A stretch of DNA of 64,000 nt, taken from Anaerotignum sp. GTDB taxonomy: Bacteria; Bacteroidota; Bacteroidia; Bacteroidales; UBA932. The stretch is taken from positions 3,971 through 67,970 of the forward strand of contig CAVCDF010000108.1 of the NCBI GenBank assembly GCA_963600795.1, given 5' to 3'. A program made the translations under genes and the position numbers. The notes under the pieces were generated by a model, which made no database searches, was not told the origin of the DNA, and worked only from the letters and a program-made list of their open reading frames with translations. Below, piece after piece: positions 7,651-18,040 of the stretch; the first letter of the stretch is position 1, and each line of letters opens with the position of its first letter.

Positions 7651-10236
7651 TCAAAGTATGTGCCATCGGCGCAGGATGCGGCCGACAAGTTTGCCTGACT
7701 CTATCAGAACCGCAGGAGCCACTGACAGCGCAGCGATCCAAAGCCACTGGGAGCCGGTCAGGGCTACAACGTGGAATATGCCTCTGACGCCCGGAATCAG
7801 CATTACGCCCAGCATAAGCACAAGCACGAAAGCGACAGAAATCCAGAGATATTTGTTCGTGAACAGATGATGCACGATCGCATTGTGTCCGGCACGGATG
7901 CAGAAAAGCACGCTAAGCTGTGAAAGAGCTACGACGGCGAACGACATTGTCATCGCGGCATTTTCAGACGTACGCGCACCGATGAAGTAGGCCAGCAGCG
8001 ACAGGCCTGCTATCAGAAATCCGCGCATCATTGCCCCCACCGTGAATGATGCGGTCATTATTCCGGCATCGGGCCTGATAGGCTTGCGGTTCATTATTCC
8101 TTCTTCAGCCGTGTCAAATCCAAGAGCCAGAGCCGGGAGGCTGTCGGTCACCAGATTGATCCAGAGAATGTGTACAGGCAGCAGCGGAGACGGAAGATTG
8201 AACATCACGGCCACGAAAAGCAGCATCAGCTCGCCGAAATTCGTAGAAACCATGAACTTGACCGTCTTGACGACATTGTCGTAGATCCGCCGTCCTTCTT
8301 CCACGGAGGAAACTATGGTGGCGAAATTGTCGTCCGCCAGAACTACGTCCGCCGCTTCCTTGGCCACATCAGTACCGGTCACGCCCATAGCCACACCTAT
8401 GTCCGCCAATTTAAGCGCCGGGGCATCATTCACGCCGTCCCCGGTCATCGCGACGACATTGCCCCTTTCCTTGAAAGCCTTGACGATACGCACCTTGTGT
8501 TCAGGAGACACCCTTGCGAAAACCGAAGCCGATGCAACGGCATCCCTAAGTTCCCCGTCAGTCATTTTCTCCAGTTCGGCGCCGGTCAGTGCAACATCGC
8601 CGTCTCGCATTATTCCAAGGCTCCGGGCTATTGCCATCGCCGTCACCTTGTGGTCGCCGGTAATCATCACCGGACGGATTCCGGCCCCGGCGCATTTTTC
8701 CACGGCAGCCTTCGCTTCCTCCCGGGGCGGATCGATCATTCCCACCATTCCGGCAAAAGCGAGTCCGCTCTCGGTGCATTCCTCTTCAGAAGCCACCTCC
8801 TTGCAAGCCATGCACAACACCCTCAACGCATTTTCAGCCATCTTCACATTGGCTCTTTCAAGACGTTTTCTGTCAGCATCGGTCAGAGGACGGACGGCAC
8901 CGTCTTCGAATATCCTGTCGCACTTTTCCAGCAGTTCGTCAAAGCCGCCTTTGACGGCTACCAGAAAACCTCCGGCAATGGAGTGGACGGTGGTCATCCG
9001 CTTTCTTTCGGAATCAAAAGGAATTTCACCCACACGAGGATATTCCTTCTCGAGAATATCCTTTCTCAGTCCTTTGTCCAGGCCGAACCTGACAAGAGCC
9101 GTTTCGGTAGGATCGCCGATCGCTTCTCCGGAAACGTTGATTTCCGAGTCATTGCAAAGCACGGCCACACGGCACAGGACATCGGAATCAGCCGGAAAGG
9201 ATTCAACGACGGTCATCTTGTTCTGCGTCAGAGTGCCTGTCTTGTCGGAGCATATGACACCGGTGCAGCCGAGCGTCTCGACCGAAGGCATATTCCTGAC
9301 TATGGCATTGCGCTTCGCCAGCCTCTGCACTCCCACTGCAAGGACGATGGTGGACACTGCCGGCAACCCTTCAGGGATGGCCGCCGCCGCAAGGCTGACC
9401 GCCGTCATGAACATCGTTATGACATCGTGACCGTAAACCAGGCCGATGACAAAAATCAATCCGCAAAGAATCAGCGAAGCGTAGCCGAGGACCTTGCCGA
9501 GATGGTCGAGCCTGACCTGCAGAGGAGTCTTGAAATCAGGAACGGACTGTAACATCGCGGCGATTCTGCCCACTTCCGTACCGGTCCCGGTCCCGGTCAC
9601 CACCCCCCTGCCTCGGCCATATGTTACGGAACAGGACTGGAACGCCATGTCAGTCCTGTCACCGACAGGCGCATCAGCCGTGATGCAGGCGGTGGATTTC
9701 TCCGCCGGCAGCGATTCACCGGTCAGAGCCGACTCCTGGATCTTGAGATTGACGGCTTCCGTAAGCCTGATGTCGGCCGGAACCGAGTCCCCGGATTCCA
9801 GTTCCACAATATCTCCAGGAACAAGGAAACGTGATTCGACCATCTGCAGTTTACCGTCCCTCACCACCTTGCAGTGCGGAGCCGACATTCTTTTCAGAGC
9901 GTCCAGCGACTTTTCCGCCTTGGATTCCTGAAATGTTCCTATGGCGGCATTGATCAGCACAATCGCCAGGATGATGATGGCATCGGTGAATCCTTCCCCT
10001 TCTATCATCCCGACCACACCTGAAACGATGCCGGCAAAAATCAACACGACGATGAGGAAACTTTTGAACTGGTTCAGGAATTTGGCCGCCAGACTTGTGT
10101 GCTTCGCCTGTGCGAATTCGTTCAGTCCGTACTCGAGAATTCTCTTCTCCGCTTCGGATGCGGTCAGACCTGTCTCAAGGTCGGTTCCGAGCTCCTTTTC
10201 GACTTCCTTTTCGGATAATTTGTAGTAATCTGCCAT
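7651..10236 (-). CDS. Cation-translocating P-type ATPase (type II, Ca2+-like)
   Basis: TGES, PEGL, CSDKTGT, TGD, GDGVNDAP, LWINLVTD. Confidence 0.93.
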   Translation of the reverse strand: MADYYKLSEKEVEKELGTDLETGLTASEAEKRILEYGLNEFAQAKHTSLAAKFLNQFKSFLIVVLIFAGIVSGVVGMIEGEGFTDAIIILAIVLINAAIGTFQESKAEKSLDALKRMSAPHCKVVRDGKLQMVESRFLVPGDIVELESGDSVPADIRLTEAVNLKIQESALTGESLPAEKSTACITADAPVGDRTDMAFQSCSVTYGRGRGVVTGTGTGTEVGRIAAMLQSVPDFKTPLQVRLDHLGKVLGYASLILCGLIFVIGLVYGHDVITMFMTAVSLAAAAIPEGLPAVSTIVLAVGVQRLAKRNAIVRNMPSVETLGCTGVICSDKTGTLTQNKMTVVESFPADSDVLCRVAVLCNDSEINVSGEAIGDPTETALVRFGLDKGLRKDILEKEYPRVGEIPFDSERKRMTTVHSIAGGFLVAVKGGFDELLEKCDRIFEDGAVRPLTDADRKRLERANVKMAENALRVLCMACKEVASEEECTESGLAFAGMVGMIDPPREEAKAAVEKCAGAGIRPVMITGDHKVTAMAIARSLGIMRDGDVALTGAELEKMTDGELRDAVASASVFARVSPEHKVRIVKAFKERGNVVAMTGDGVNDAPALKLADIGVAMGVTGTDVAKEAADVVLADDNFATIVSSVEEGRRIYDNVVKTVKFMVSTNFGELMLLFVAVMFNLPSPLLPVHILWINLVTDSLPALALGFDTAEEGIMNRKPIRPDAGIMTASFTVGAMMRGFLIAGLSLLAYFIGARTSENAAMTMSFAVVALSQLSVLFCIRAGHNAIVHHLFTNKYLWISVAFVLVLMLGVMLIPGVRGIFHVVALTGSQWLWIAALSVAPAVLIESGKLVGRILRRWHIL

Positions 10237-10321
10237 AACTGTTGAAAATGTCCGGCAAAGATGATGGTTTACCACAAGAAATTCGTTACATTTATCGGCG
10301 AAAATATTTATCAAATGTCGC

Positions 10322-11191
10322 ATGGCGCACAACTCTGACTCAAGCATCGTCAACATAGACATCGCCAACCTCCAGGGCGGTGAGGCGACAGGAGAGTTCT
10401 ATCTGAGCCGGTCAGGACTGAAAGACGCAGCCGGGTACCAAGGCAAATACTTCACCTTAAACGGAATAATGATGATCATCTGCAGGGACGATTCCGGCGG
10501 GACAGTCACGATAGACGGCAAAGCGTATTCATTGAAAAAAGGGAGCGTGGCGATTCTGCCGGAAAACCATATCCTGCGGTTGGGTGAGGATTCAGATCTC
10601 AGCGAAGACGGAGTGCTTGCAGTGACGATGGATTTCATTCTGGACATGCCGTCCCCAATCGACACGAACATATTCATCTATTCCCGATTCTCACCTGTTC
10701 TGAGCGTCAGCGAAGAGAAACTCTCAGACCTGTGGAGCTATTTCGACTTCATCGGAAAGGAACTGCTTGAAAGCGGCAGGCACCGGCAGGCAATAATAAA
10801 GGCTTTGATCTACGCCCTTCTGCTGGAAATCACGGCTGAATACGAGGACCGTTTTCATCTGGGCGGAACCAGGGAGATAAAGTCAGAAAATCTGCCGGAC
10901 AAGTTCTTCCGCCTGCTTGCGGCTAATTTCCGAAGCCAAAGAAGCGTTTCCTGGTACGCCGGACAGCTAAACCTGACGCCTAAGTACCTGTCGACCGCCG
11001 TGAAGGGAATCACAGGAAGGCCGGTGCTGGACTGGATTCACGAGGCTGTGGTCATAGAGGCGAAAATGCTTCTGAAGACCACCGACAGAACTGTTCAGGA
11101 GATTTCCGACCACCTCGGCTTTTCCAGCGCCTCCGCCTTTGTCCAGTTCTTCAGGAAGCACAACGGGACTACGCCGGGCGCAATAAGGTGA
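10322..11191 (+). CDS. AraC-family transcriptional regulator, divergent from the ATPase
   Basis: C-terminal double HTH: SVSWYAGQLNLTPKYLS...EISDHLGFSSASAFVQFFRKHNGTTP. Confidence 0.9.
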   Translation: MAHNSDSSIVNIDIANLQGGEATGEFYLSRSGLKDAAGYQGKYFTLNGIMMIICRDDSGGTVTIDGKAYSLKKGSVAILPENHILRLGEDSDLSEDGVLAVTMDFILDMPSPIDTNIFIYSRFSPVLSVSEEKLSDLWSYFDFIGKELLESGRHRQAIIKALIYALLLEITAEYEDRFHLGGTREIKSENLPDKFFRLLAANFRSQRSVSWYAGQLNLTPKYLSTAVKGITGRPVLDWIHEAVVIEAKMLLKTTDRTVQEISDHLGFSSASAFVQFFRKHNGTTPGAIR

Positions 11192-11193
11192 CG

Positions 11194-12225
11194 CTATTCC
11201 ACTGACTTGGCAGACGGCCTGGCCTTGCTGGCGATGATGGTGATGACAGCGGTGAGAATCAACACGATGCCGACGGCGAGGTTGACCGTCATAGTTTCCT
11301 TGAAGACAGTCAGTCCGATGATCACTGCGGTAAGCGGCTCCAGAGCCCCCATGATTGCAGTCGGGGTGGAACCGATTATCCTCACGGCGATGCCCATCGA
11401 GACGAGGGATATCACGCTCGGCACTATGGCCAGCATCAGGGCGAATCCCCATTCGCGGGCCGTGACAAGCGGCATAAGGTGACGCTCGGGGGAAGTGAAC
11501 GAAAAGGCCACGATCGACAGGGCGCAGACCATCAGCACATAGAGGCTCAGCTTCATCGCTGACATGTTCAGACGGTGGATCGTCGCCCTGTGGGGTACGG
11601 GAATATATTTGGTCAGCCGGTTGTGCGTGTTCTTGAGCTCCGACTCAGGAGCCGACGCCCTGTTGGCGACGATTATGTACAAGGCATAACTCAGAGCGGA
11701 AACCATCACGAGAAGGACGCCGACCGTGCTGAGGACAGTCTCCCCGTCGCCTTTGTAAAGCAGCACCACTCCAATCAGCGAAAGGACTATCGCAACGGCG
11801 GTTGATCCGGTGATCTTTTCTCCGTACAGCACCGCCATCAGAACTGCGGTCATCACAGGATAGACGAACAGCAGCGAACAGGCCACTCCGCTGTCCATAT
11901 ACAGGAAACTGCAGTACAGAGTCAGCGACGAGACCACGAACATCAGTCCAAGCCAGACAAGGGTCACGAGTTCACCCTTGCTGACCCTGAAAGACTCGTA
12001 CCGGGCCGCTTCTCCGGCCGGTTTTCTTTTCGCCAGCCAGACCTTCACCGCCATAATTCCGGCGATTATCACGAACGCAAGCCCGTACCGGTAAAACAGC
12101 ACGGACTCGACATTGAGTCCCTCTTCGTAAAGATATTTCGCACCCAAAGGATTCACACCGTAACTGACCGCGGCCAGAATCCCGAAAAAGAAGCCTTTGG
12201 CTTTGCTCTCCTTTCCAACAGCCAT
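11194..12225 (-). CDS. DMT/EamA-family transporter
   Basis: About 10 TM segments in two EamA repeats; GSTPTAIMGALEPLTA. Confidence 0.88.
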   Translation of the reverse strand: MAVGKESKAKGFFFGILAAVSYGVNPLGAKYLYEEGLNVESVLFYRYGLAFVIIAGIMAVKVWLAKRKPAGEAARYESFRVSKGELVTLVWLGLMFVVSSLTLYCSFLYMDSGVACSLLFVYPVMTAVLMAVLYGEKITGSTAVAIVLSLIGVVLLYKGDGETVLSTVGVLLVMVSALSYALYIIVANRASAPESELKNTHNRLTKYIPVPHRATIHRLNMSAMKLSLYVLMVCALSIVAFSFTSPERHLMPLVTAREWGFALMLAIVPSVISLVSMGIAVRIIGSTPTAIMGALEPLTAVIIGLTVFKETMTVNLAVGIVLILTAVITIIASKARPSAKSVE

Positions 12226-12251
12226 AAATCTGACAATGAATGTTACCGGAA

Positions 12252-13040
12252 TCAGTCTTCCGTTTCCGGATCGGCGATGATGGTCGTACCGCCGGAAAGC
12301 GCCGAGGCAGAGGTGATCACTACCCTGGAGACTCCGGAATTGATGGCCTCGAAGGCGTTCTGAAGTTTCGGGATCATTCCCTCCGAGATCGTTCCGTCAG
12401 CGACCATCGGCTCGAAATCCGAACTTGTGATCGTCGGGATTACGCTCGCTGGGTCGTCAAGGTCTTTCATCACGCCCGGAGTGGACGAGCAGAAAGTCAG
12501 GGTCACATCATAGACAGAGGCCAGGGCGCGGGCGACCGACGAAGCGATCGTGTCGGCGTTGGTGTTCAGCATAGTGCCTTCCTTGTCGTGGGTGAGCGGG
12601 GCCAGCACTGGCACGGCACCGACTTCAAGGAGCGACTCCAAGGCCTTGGCGTTGACGTACTTGACATCGCCGACAAAGCCGAAATTGATCGGCCTGACAG
12701 GCCTGCGGACGCTCATTATGAGATTGAGGTCGGCTCCGGTGAGTCCGACGGCGTTGATTCCGAGAGCCTGGAGACGGGCGACGAGGTTCTTGTTGACAAG
12801 TCCTCCGTAGACCATTGTCACGACCTTGAGCATCTCGGCGCTGGTGATCCTGCGGCCGTCGATCATCTGGGTCTCGACACCCAGTTTCCCGGCCACCTCA
12901 GTGGCGATCTTGCCGCCCCCGTGGACAAGAATCTTCTTGCCCTTTAGAGACGAAAACGACATCAGAAGTGCCTGCAGAGAGTCTTCCTTCTCCACAATGG
13001 CGCCTCCGACCTTGATTATGTTCAGAGATTCCTTTATCAT
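12252..13040 (-). CDS. argB: Acylglutamate kinase
   Basis: IIKVGG, VHGGG, GRRIT, NTNADTIA, GMIPKL; arg operon context. Confidence 0.93.
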   Translation of the reverse strand: MIKESLNIIKVGGAIVEKEDSLQALLMSFSSLKGKKILVHGGGKIATEVAGKLGVETQMIDGRRITSAEMLKVVTMVYGGLVNKNLVARLQALGINAVGLTGADLNLIMSVRRPVRPINFGFVGDVKYVNAKALESLLEVGAVPVLAPLTHDKEGTMLNTNADTIASSVARALASVYDVTLTFCSSTPGVMKDLDDPASVIPTITSSDFEPMVADGTISEGMIPKLQNAFEAINSGVSRVVITSASALSGGTTIIADPETED

Positions 13041-13047
13041 AGATGTC

Positions 13048-13998
13048 CTATTTAAGGTCCTCAAGCATCCTCTTCATCACGACCTGGGCGGAAACCACAC
13101 GGTTGGCGGCCTCCGGAATCACGATGCTGCGAGGCGAATCGATGACCTCGTCGGTCACGATCATATTCCTGCGCACCGGCAGGCAGTGCATGAAGTAAGC
13201 GTTGTTGGTGACGGCCATCTGCCTTGCGCCGACGGTCCAGGCGCGGTCCTGGCTGAGAATCTGGCCATAGTGCGAGACTGAGGACCAGTTCTTCGCGTAG
13301 ATGAAGTCTGCTCCCTCGAAGGCCTTCATCTGGTCGTACTCGACGCAGGCGTTCCCGACGAAGCGAGGGTCCAGCTCATAGCCTTCCGGCTGGGTGATTA
13401 CGAAGTCCACATCGGCGGCGTTCATCCACTCCGCGAAGGAGTTAGGCACGGCCTGAGGCAGCGCGCGAGGATGAGGGGCCCAGGTCAGGACCACCTTCGG
13501 ACGGGCCACGGTCTTATATTCATTGATGGTGATGAGGTCCGCGAAGGCCTGGCAAGGGTGCACAGTGGCCGATTCGAGGCTGATGACAGGCTTGCCGGAG
13601 TACTCGATGAACTGGCGGAGGATCGTCTCGTTGTAGTCGAACTCCTTGTCTTTCAGACCCGCGAACGAGCGGACTCCGATTAGGTCGCAGTAACTGCCGA
13701 TTACAGGGATGGCCTCCCGCAGATGCTCAGGCTTGTCGCCGTCCATTATGACTCCCATCTCGGTCTCGAGTTTCCAGCTGTCACCGTTGACGTTCAGCAC
13801 GATGGAGTTCATCCCGAGGTTCATCGCCGCCTTCTGGCTGCTGAGCCTTGTGCGCAGGCTGCTGTTGAAGAAAATCAGGATGATGGTCTTGTTCCTGCCC
13901 AACTCCTGCCAGGCGAACGGAGTCGCCTTGACCTGCTTAGCCTCTTCGAGCGCCTTTCCAAGGTCGCCTATGTCACTTACGTGGAAAAAACTTCTCAT
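13048..13998 (-). CDS. argF: N-succinylornithine (acyl-ornithine) carbamoyltransferase ArgF'
   Basis: SLRTR, WKLET..GVIMDGDKPEH, HPCQ, HCLPVRRN. Confidence 0.9.
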   Translation of the reverse strand: MRSFFHVSDIGDLGKALEEAKQVKATPFAWQELGRNKTIILIFFNSSLRTRLSSQKAAMNLGMNSIVLNVNGDSWKLETEMGVIMDGDKPEHLREAIPVIGSYCDLIGVRSFAGLKDKEFDYNETILRQFIEYSGKPVISLESATVHPCQAFADLITINEYKTVARPKVVLTWAPHPRALPQAVPNSFAEWMNAADVDFVITQPEGYELDPRFVGNACVEYDQMKAFEGADFIYAKNWSSVSHYGQILSQDRAWTVGARQMAVTNNAYFMHCLPVRRNMIVTDEVIDSPRSIVIPEAANRVVSAQVVMKRMLEDLK

Positions 13999-14000
13999 AA

Positions 14001-15122
14001 CTACAGTACCTCTTTCAATGCGTTGATGAATATGTCGACGTCGGCCTTGGTCAGCGTCAGCGGGGCGAGAAGACGGATCATGTTCTTGCCGGACACGCCG
14101 GTGAACACGTGCTTCTCGTAGAGCAGACGGCCTCTTATTTCGGCGATCGGCTCGTTGAACTCGATGCCGACCATAAGTCCGCGGCCACGCACCTCCTTGA
14201 TCCTCGGCGAAGCCGGAATCGAAGCCTTGAGGTACTCGCCGACCTCATAGGCGTTCTGCACAAGATTCTCTTCCTTGAATATGTCGGCGACCGCGTTGGC
14301 TGCGGCCATCGCAAGGTAGTTGCCGCCGAATGTGGTGCCGAGCATTCCCTTGGTGGCCTCGAACTCAGGCGAGATCAGCACCCCGCCGATCGGGAAGCCG
14401 TTGGCCATTCCCTTAGCCATCGTGACGATGTCAGGCACGATTCCGGCCCACTGGTGGGCGAAGAACCGGCCGCTGCGGCCGTAACCGCTCTGGATCTCGT
14501 CGAGGATAAGCACCACGCCGGCCTCCTTGGTCACCTGACGCAGGTCGCGCAGGAACTGGTCGTCAGGAATAACGATGCCGCCGACTCCCTGGATGCCCTC
14601 GATGATCACCGCTGCCACATCTCCCTTGGAGATTTCAGCCTTCACGGCCTCTATGTCATTGAGAGGCAGGAAGACGACATTGTGGTGCGAGTTGAACGGA
14701 GAGGTGTATTTAGGGTTGTCGGTGACGGCCACGGCTCCGGAGGTTCTTCCGTGGAAGGCTCCCTTGAACGCGATCACCTTGTCCTTGCCGGTGTGGAAGG
14801 AAGCGAGTTTGAGGGCGTTCTCATTGGCCTCGGCTCCAGAGTTGATCAGGAACAGGGAATAGTCCTGCAGACCGGAGAGTTCTCCGATCTTCCTGGCCAG
14901 TTCCACCTGGAGAGGATTCTTCACGCTGTTGGAGTAGAATCCGATCTTGCCGAGCTGGTCGGTTATGGCGGCGACATACTTCGGATGGCAGTGGCCTACC
15001 GAGATCACCGCATGGCCTCCGTAGAGGTCAAGATACTCCTGTCCTTTGTCGTCCCAGATGCGGGTGCCCTTCGCTTTGACCGGAGTCACGTCAAAGAGGG
15101 AATATACGTCGAATAAGTTCAT
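14001..15122 (-). CDS. argD: Acylornithine aminotransferase
   Basis: FHGRT, EGIQGVGG, DEIQSGYGRSG, MAKG, GTTFGGN. Confidence 0.92.
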   Translation of the reverse strand: MNLFDVYSLFDVTPVKAKGTRIWDDKGQEYLDLYGGHAVISVGHCHPKYVAAITDQLGKIGFYSNSVKNPLQVELARKIGELSGLQDYSLFLINSGAEANENALKLASFHTGKDKVIAFKGAFHGRTSGAVAVTDNPKYTSPFNSHHNVVFLPLNDIEAVKAEISKGDVAAVIIEGIQGVGGIVIPDDQFLRDLRQVTKEAGVVLILDEIQSGYGRSGRFFAHQWAGIVPDIVTMAKGMANGFPIGGVLISPEFEATKGMLGTTFGGNYLAMAAANAVADIFKEENLVQNAYEVGEYLKASIPASPRIKEVRGRGLMVGIEFNEPIAEIRGRLLYEKHVFTGVSGKNMIRLLAPLTLTKADVDIFINALKEVL

Positions 15123-15173
15123 TGTCTGTTTTGTTTTTCAGTCACGGTCCCCCGCTGTTCCACAGCCCGGAGA

Positions 15174-16154
15174 CTAGAAACGCGTGGCCTTCAGATGGAG
15201 GCCGGTGTCTTCAGGAAGGCCGAAGACAAGGTTCAGGTTCTCGACCGCCTGGCCGGAAGCTCCCTTGACAAGGTTGTCGATGACGCTGACAACGTGCAGC
15301 TTGCGTCCGTGCTTGCGGACATTCAGCACGCACTTGTTGGTGTTCACCACCATCTTGAGGTCCGGGTTGGTGTCGATTACGTGGACGAAAGGCTCGTCCT
15401 TGTAGTAGTCCTTGTACAAAGCCACAGCCTCCTCTTCGCTGAGGTCGCAGTCGAAATAGACCGAGGCCAGGATGCCGCGGGGGAAGTCGCCCCTCACCGG
15501 AACGAAGTTCAGTTCACCGCCGAAACTCGGGGCGAGAGTGTGCAGGGTCTCCCCTATCTCGCCGAGATGCTGATGGGTGAACGGCTTGTAGACGGAAAGG
15601 TTGTTGGCTCTCCAGCTGAAGTGCGTGGTCTCGGACGGGGCCTGTCCCGCGCCGGTCGAGCCGGTGATTCCGGTCACGTGCACCTCAGGCAGAATGTCAG
15701 CCTTGGCGGCCGGCAGCAAGGCCAGCTGGATGGATGTAGCGAAGCATCCCGGGTTGGCTATGTGCTTGGCCTTCACGATTTTCTCACGGAAGGCCTCCGG
15801 AAGTCCGTAGACGAAATCCTCCGCATCGGCGGCAAGACGGAAGTCATTGCTGAGGTCGATGACCGCTCCTTTGTAGGTCTCCGGAAGCGACTGGACAAAG
15901 CCTTTGGACTTGCCGTGGCCGGAGCAGAGGAAAAGCGCGTCGACCTGCTCCACGGGAGCGTCTGCGCTGAATTTCAGGTCGGTCTCGCCAATCAGGTCCT
16001 GATGGGCGGACCAGACGGGTTCGCCGGCATGGCTGCCGCTCTGGGCGAAGACCACCTTGACGGCCGGATGGTTCACCAGAATCCTCAGGAGCTCGCCGGC
16101 GGTGTAGCCGGCGGCTCCGATGATTCCTACCTTTATAAACTCATTATAATACAT
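15174..16154 (-). CDS. argC: N-acyl-gamma-glutamyl-phosphate reductase
   Basis: GAAGYTAGEL, DLSNDFR, ANPGCFAT, DNLVKGASGQA. Confidence 0.95.
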   Translation of the reverse strand: MYYNEFIKVGIIGAAGYTAGELLRILVNHPAVKVVFAQSGSHAGEPVWSAHQDLIGETDLKFSADAPVEQVDALFLCSGHGKSKGFVQSLPETYKGAVIDLSNDFRLAADAEDFVYGLPEAFREKIVKAKHIANPGCFATSIQLALLPAAKADILPEVHVTGITGSTGAGQAPSETTHFSWRANNLSVYKPFTHQHLGEIGETLHTLAPSFGGELNFVPVRGDFPRGILASVYFDCDLSEEEAVALYKDYYKDEPFVHVIDTNPDLKMVVNTNKCVLNVRKHGRKLHVVSVIDNLVKGASGQAVENLNLVFGLPEDTGLHLKATRF

Positions 16155-16157
16155 TTC

Positions 16158-17384
16158 CTAGAGTTCTTTTTCAAGCTGTTCGCCTTCGTCCTTGTGGGCG
16201 GTGTAGTAAACGCGCAGAGGAGTCGAAGAGACCTTGATGAAGCCCTTCGCGTCCTCGCTGGTCCAGCCTTTCTGCATCTCGCCATACTCGCCGAATTTGG
16301 TCTTGACGAGGTCGCAAGGGGAATCCACGCCGACGGTCGAGAACGACCACGGACGGAGTTCCATCGTCACCTTGCCGGTCACGTTCCTCTGGCTGCTCTC
16401 GAGCATCGCCTCGATGTCCCTCATCACAGGCTCCAGGTACTGGCTCTCGTGCAGGAACATTCCGTACCAGTTGGCCACCTGGTCTTTCCAGTACTGCTGC
16501 CACTTGCTCAGGGTGAATTTCTCGAGGAACTTGTGGGCGGCGATGATCAGCATAGGAGCGGCGGCCTCGAAGCCCACGCGGCCCTTGATGCCGATGATGG
16601 TGTCACCGACGTGCATGTCGCGTCCGATGCCGTAAGGCGCGGCTATGTTCTCGACGGCCTGGATTGCAGCCACCTTGTCTGAATATTCCTTACCGTTGAC
16701 GGCTGCGATCTCGCCGTTTTTGAACTCGATCTCTACGGTCTCGGAACCTTCCTTCGTGATCTGCTTGAGGTAGGCCGACTCAGGAAGTCCCTGCTTGGAG
16801 TCCAGAATCTCGCCGCCGCAGATGGAAGTGCCCCAGAGGCCGACGTTGTAGGAATATTTAAGTTTCTTGAAATCAGCCTTGAAGCCGTGCTGGTTGAGGT
16901 AGTCGACCTCGAACTGGCGTGTGAGCGCCATATCGCGGGTCAGAGTGATGATCTCGATGCCCGGAGCCATCACGAGAAATGTCATGTCGAAGCGGACCTG
17001 GTCGTTGCCCGCTCCCGTGGAGCCGTGGGCGATGGCGTCAGCGCCGATGGACTTGGCGTAGCGGGCGATGGCCATAGCCTGGAATATTCTCTCGGAAGAA
17101 ACCGAAATCGGATAGGTCCCGTTCCTCAGCACATTGCCGTAGATCATGTACTTCAGGCTCTTGTCATAATATTCCTTTGTCACGTCGAGGGTGACATATT
17201 CCTTGGCGCCGAGTTCGTAGGCGTGCTTCTCGTTATCCTTCAGCTGTTCTTCGCTGAATCCGCCGGTGTTCGCGCAGGCTGCGTAAACCTCGTATCCCTT
17301 TTCCCTGGTCAGATACATCACGGTGAATGATGTGTCAAGTCCGCCGCTGAATGCGACGACTACCTTCTTCTTTTCCATATTCAT
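16158..17384 (-). CDS. argG: Argininosuccinate synthase
   Basis: AFSGGLDTS, AHGSTGAGNDQVRF, IIGIKGR; the start overlaps the upstream stop (TGATG). Confidence 0.95.
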   Translation of the reverse strand: MNMEKKKVVVAFSGGLDTSFTVMYLTREKGYEVYAACANTGGFSEEQLKDNEKHAYELGAKEYVTLDVTKEYYDKSLKYMIYGNVLRNGTYPISVSSERIFQAMAIARYAKSIGADAIAHGSTGAGNDQVRFDMTFLVMAPGIEIITLTRDMALTRQFEVDYLNQHGFKADFKKLKYSYNVGLWGTSICGGEILDSKQGLPESAYLKQITKEGSETVEIEFKNGEIAAVNGKEYSDKVAAIQAVENIAAPYGIGRDMHVGDTIIGIKGRVGFEAAAPMLIIAAHKFLEKFTLSKWQQYWKDQVANWYGMFLHESQYLEPVMRDIEAMLESSQRNVTGKVTMELRPWSFSTVGVDSPCDLVKTKFGEYGEMQKGWTSEDAKGFIKVSSTPLRVYYTAHKDEGEQLEKEL

Positions 17385-18004
17385 CAATTGATTTTTTCGT
17401 TTTCCGATGCATCGATTCTTCTGATTCTTTCAAGCACGTCCTGAGGGATCTTGGCCGGCAGATGCTCCTCAGGGTCGAAGAGCATTCCCGTGCAGATGCA
17501 GTACTTCCTGTCCGTGCGCTTCAGCACATCGACGTTGATGCAGCCCTCGCAGCCTTTCCAGAACGCTTCATCAGTGGTCAAATTGGCGAAAGTCACCGGT
17601 TTGTACCCCAGCTGGGTGTTCATCGTCATCACGGCTGCGCCGCTGGTGAGACTGAATATCTTCGCGTGCGGCCATCTGGTGCGCGCAAGCGTGAAAGTCA
17701 GGTCCTTGATGCGTTTTGCCAGACCCAGGCCCCGGAAATCCGGATGCACGATCAGTCCTGAAGTGGTGACATACTGTCTGTGTTCCCAGGTTTCGATGTA
17801 GCTGAAACCGGCGAACCGCTTGCCTTTGAGAGCGATCACAGCCTTGGCCTCCTTCATTTTCTGGGCCACGTACTCCGGCTTTCTCTTCGCGATGCCGGTG
17901 CCTCTCACCTTGGCTGCGTCTTCAATTGTCTTAAGAATCTCATCGACGTAAATGAGGTGCTCCTCCGAAGCCACCTCGACTGTCAACTCATCCTGTTGCG
18001 TCAT
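17384..18004 (-). CDS. GNAT acyltransferase, probable Bacteroidota-type N-acyl(succinyl)glutamate synthase (ArgA function)
   Basis: RGTGIAKR, SGLIVHPDFRGLGLAK, FWKGCEGC...CICT; lies between argR and argG. Confidence 0.8.
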   Translation of the reverse strand: MTQQDELTVEVASEEHLIYVDEILKTIEDAAKVRGTGIAKRKPEYVAQKMKEAKAVIALKGKRFAGFSYIETWEHRQYVTTSGLIVHPDFRGLGLAKRIKDLTFTLARTRWPHAKIFSLTSGAAVMTMNTQLGYKPVTFANLTTDEAFWKGCEGCINVDVLKRTDRKYCICTGMLFDPEEHLPAKIPQDVLERIRRIDASENEKIN

Positions 18005-18040
18005 TTCTTGTAAAGTCCGTTTGTTTTGGGAAACTGTCCC

